NCBI GenBank assembly: GCA_963744145.1
Contig: CAVUSO010000001.1
Span: 704,001 to 768,000 of the forward strand
Source: an uncultured cyanobacterium
GTDB lineage: Bacteria > Cyanobacteriota > Cyanobacteriia > Cyanobacteriales > CAWUOF01
Direction of reading: 5' to 3'
Length of the DNA: 64,000 bases
Shown in pieces: positions 62,359 through 64,000 of the stretch (position 1 is its first letter; each line of letters starts with the position of its first letter). Under the pieces are notes generated by a model. The model was given only the letters and a program-made list of their open reading frames with translations, was not told the DNA's origin and ran no database searches. The translations under genes and the position numbers were made by a program.

Positions 62359-63765
62359 ATGATAAAAACAATGATAAATTATATTAAAAAATTAGAAGTA
62401 GTAGGTCTTCATCATCGATTTGATATCATCCAAGATTTTTATCCCAATACACAAATTATATTTGGTGAAAATGGCACAGGTAAAACAACATTACTTCATA
62501 TTTTAGCTAATTTATTAAATGCTGACTATCGGCGTTTTTTTGCACTTGATTTCAATCACATAAAAGCCATTATGGATGATGAAACAATTTTAAAGATACG
62601 CAAAGCAGATTATCAGCCAGAAAATAACACATATAATAGTCTCATTGTACAGTCAAGTAAAGCAAGAAGTAGATTGTCAATCTTAAAAGAAAGCCAAGAA
62701 AATGATTACGAGTTGCAAAGCTGGAATCGACGACACTATGGATCTTTACTACCAGTAGTTTATTTTCCAGCTTTTAGAAACATTATAGAAGCTTGGGCTA
62801 TGGTAGAAAATCGTAAAAATAAATATGAACTAGATAAAGTTAGAGAACAAGAAATTACTGAATTTGTTCGCAATGTCTACGGTCAATTTACTCCCCAAAT
62901 AAATTATCCATCACCTGTGGAAATTGAACAAGAACTGGTGCATGAAATGAAACAAGCAGGGGATCGAGTCTTTGAAAGCGATCGCCAAGTTTTAGATCAA
63001 AGTTTTATCGATGTATTTTCCCAATTATCCCCCGCTACTTCCCATATTAATGAGGATCTAAATAACCCGAACGAAATTATCCAAAACATCAAAAAACTTT
63101 CAGAAGAAATTAATAATTATCCATTCCAAAAAGCTGCTGTGTTAGGTGGAGGTATTTACTCAATTCAGAATATATTGAAATCAGTAGCATCTAACCAACA
63201 TGAACTCAAGCTTGCTACTGAAATCTTAGGTGTCTATCAGGATTCATTAGAAAAAATGTTTCAAATTAGAAAGGAGTCTTTTGTAAAGATTAAGCAGTAT
63301 TTGGATGCGGTCAATTATTTTTTAAAAGGAAAAGAGCTAATGACTGAAGTCCAAGGATTTAATGAAATATTTGTTGGGTTAAAATTTGATGATGCTTTTT
63401 CCCTAAGAGGTTTTAGTGGTTTGTCATCAGGTGAACGTCAAATTGTCACGCTGATCTATGCTGTTAATCGCATGAATAAACAAAAACTTGTCTTGATAGA
63501 TGAACCTGAAATATCTCTTCATGTTGACTGGCAAAGGGAACTTCTTAAGACAATTTCTAAACAGTCTTCAGATTGTCAAATTATTGTTTGTACTCATTCA
63601 CCAGTTATTGCTGGAGATTACGATGAATCTATGACTGAGATTAACTTAACTCCAACTAATAAGCAATTATGGATTGATGATAGCATTGATAGAGATGACT
63701 TTCCCTATTCAGAAGATGAAGATGATGTAATGGATTCTGATGAATTTCAAGAAACTGACGAATAA
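62359..63765 (+). CDS. ABC-type ATPase (AAA_15/AAA_21-like), AriA/OLD-like
   Basis: GENGTGKT, coiled-coil insert, LSSGERQ, LIDEPEISLH..WQ, THS; acidic tail. Confidence 0.88.
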   Translation: MIKTMINYIKKLEVVGLHHRFDIIQDFYPNTQIIFGENGTGKTTLLHILANLLNADYRRFFALDFNHIKAIMDDETILKIRKADYQPENNTYNSLIVQSSKARSRLSILKESQENDYELQSWNRRHYGSLLPVVYFPAFRNIIEAWAMVENRKNKYELDKVREQEITEFVRNVYGQFTPQINYPSPVEIEQELVHEMKQAGDRVFESDRQVLDQSFIDVFSQLSPATSHINEDLNNPNEIIQNIKKLSEEINNYPFQKAAVLGGGIYSIQNILKSVASNQHELKLATEILGVYQDSLEKMFQIRKESFVKIKQYLDAVNYFLKGKELMTEVQGFNEIFVGLKFDDAFSLRGFSGLSSGERQIVTLIYAVNRMNKQKLVLIDEPEISLHVDWQRELLKTISKQSSDCQIIVCTHSPVIAGDYDESMTEINLTPTNKQLWIDDSIDRDDFPYSEDEDDVMDSDEFQETDE

Positions 63766-63785
63766 AAACAGGATGATTTTTGTTT

Positions 63786-64000
63786 ATGGCGATTTCTAAC
63801 TATACGCAACAGGACTACTTGAACTATATACAGTTCAGTAAAAAGAAACACTTGTTAGTAGAGGGAGTGACTGATAAACGAATTTTTAATCTGCTTTTTG
63901 ATGAATGGGAACAGAAACAGAAAAATAATATTAATCTAGTAAACCTAGAAGTACAGATAGATACTGCTGAAGGTTTGAACTTTATTGATGTACCCCGAAA
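63786..64000 (+). CDS. TOPRIM-domain (DUF4435 / AriB-like) protein, 5' part only
   Basis: Manual translation MAISNYTQQDYLNYIQFSKKKHLLVEGVTDKRIF...; LLVEGxxD motif; open to the window edge; 20 nt after the ATPase. Confidence 0.65.
   Translation, partial: MAISNYTQQDYLNYIQFSKKKHLLVEGVTDKRIFNLLFDEWEQKQKNNINLVNLEVQIDTAEGLNFIDVPR

Overview
Low-GC cyanobacterial DNA: the HIP1 octamer GCGATCGC is frequent throughout, and psb28 and a chlH-family gene are present. Bases 1-35 kb are mostly housekeeping and accessory genes. They include a Ser/Thr kinase-AAA-GAF sensor running off the left edge, a four-gene nitrilase-like/ALDH/beta-barrel/MDR operon, a split chromate transporter, a chlH paralog, psb28, moaB-like, ctpB, recJ, rnc, three tandem GT4 glycosyltransferases, mraY, a CorC/HlyC protein and a CHAT protease with a convergent partner. 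Bases 36-64 kb are a defence island with two type III CRISPR-Cas effector operons but no CRISPR array, cas1, cas2 or cas6 inside the window. In order: a WYL regulator, a Csx3-P-loop fusion, csx3, a CARF-nuclease and a III-D(v)-like operon; then about 6 kb of duplicated and broken DUF29, Uma2, XisHI, orphan antitoxin and IS66 pieces; then a III-A operon (csm1-5) followed directly by an ABC ATPase plus TOPRIM pair resembling PARIS. Best leads: a 30-bp promoter/operator shared by both type III operons, a roughly 150-nt structured leader (with a 36-codon ORF) before csx3, the Csx3-P-loop fusion, the ATPase-TOPRIM pair after csm5, and a nitrilase-fold enzyme with Glu-Arg-Ser in place of Glu-Lys-Cys. 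All family calls come from motif recognition by eye, not from database searches.
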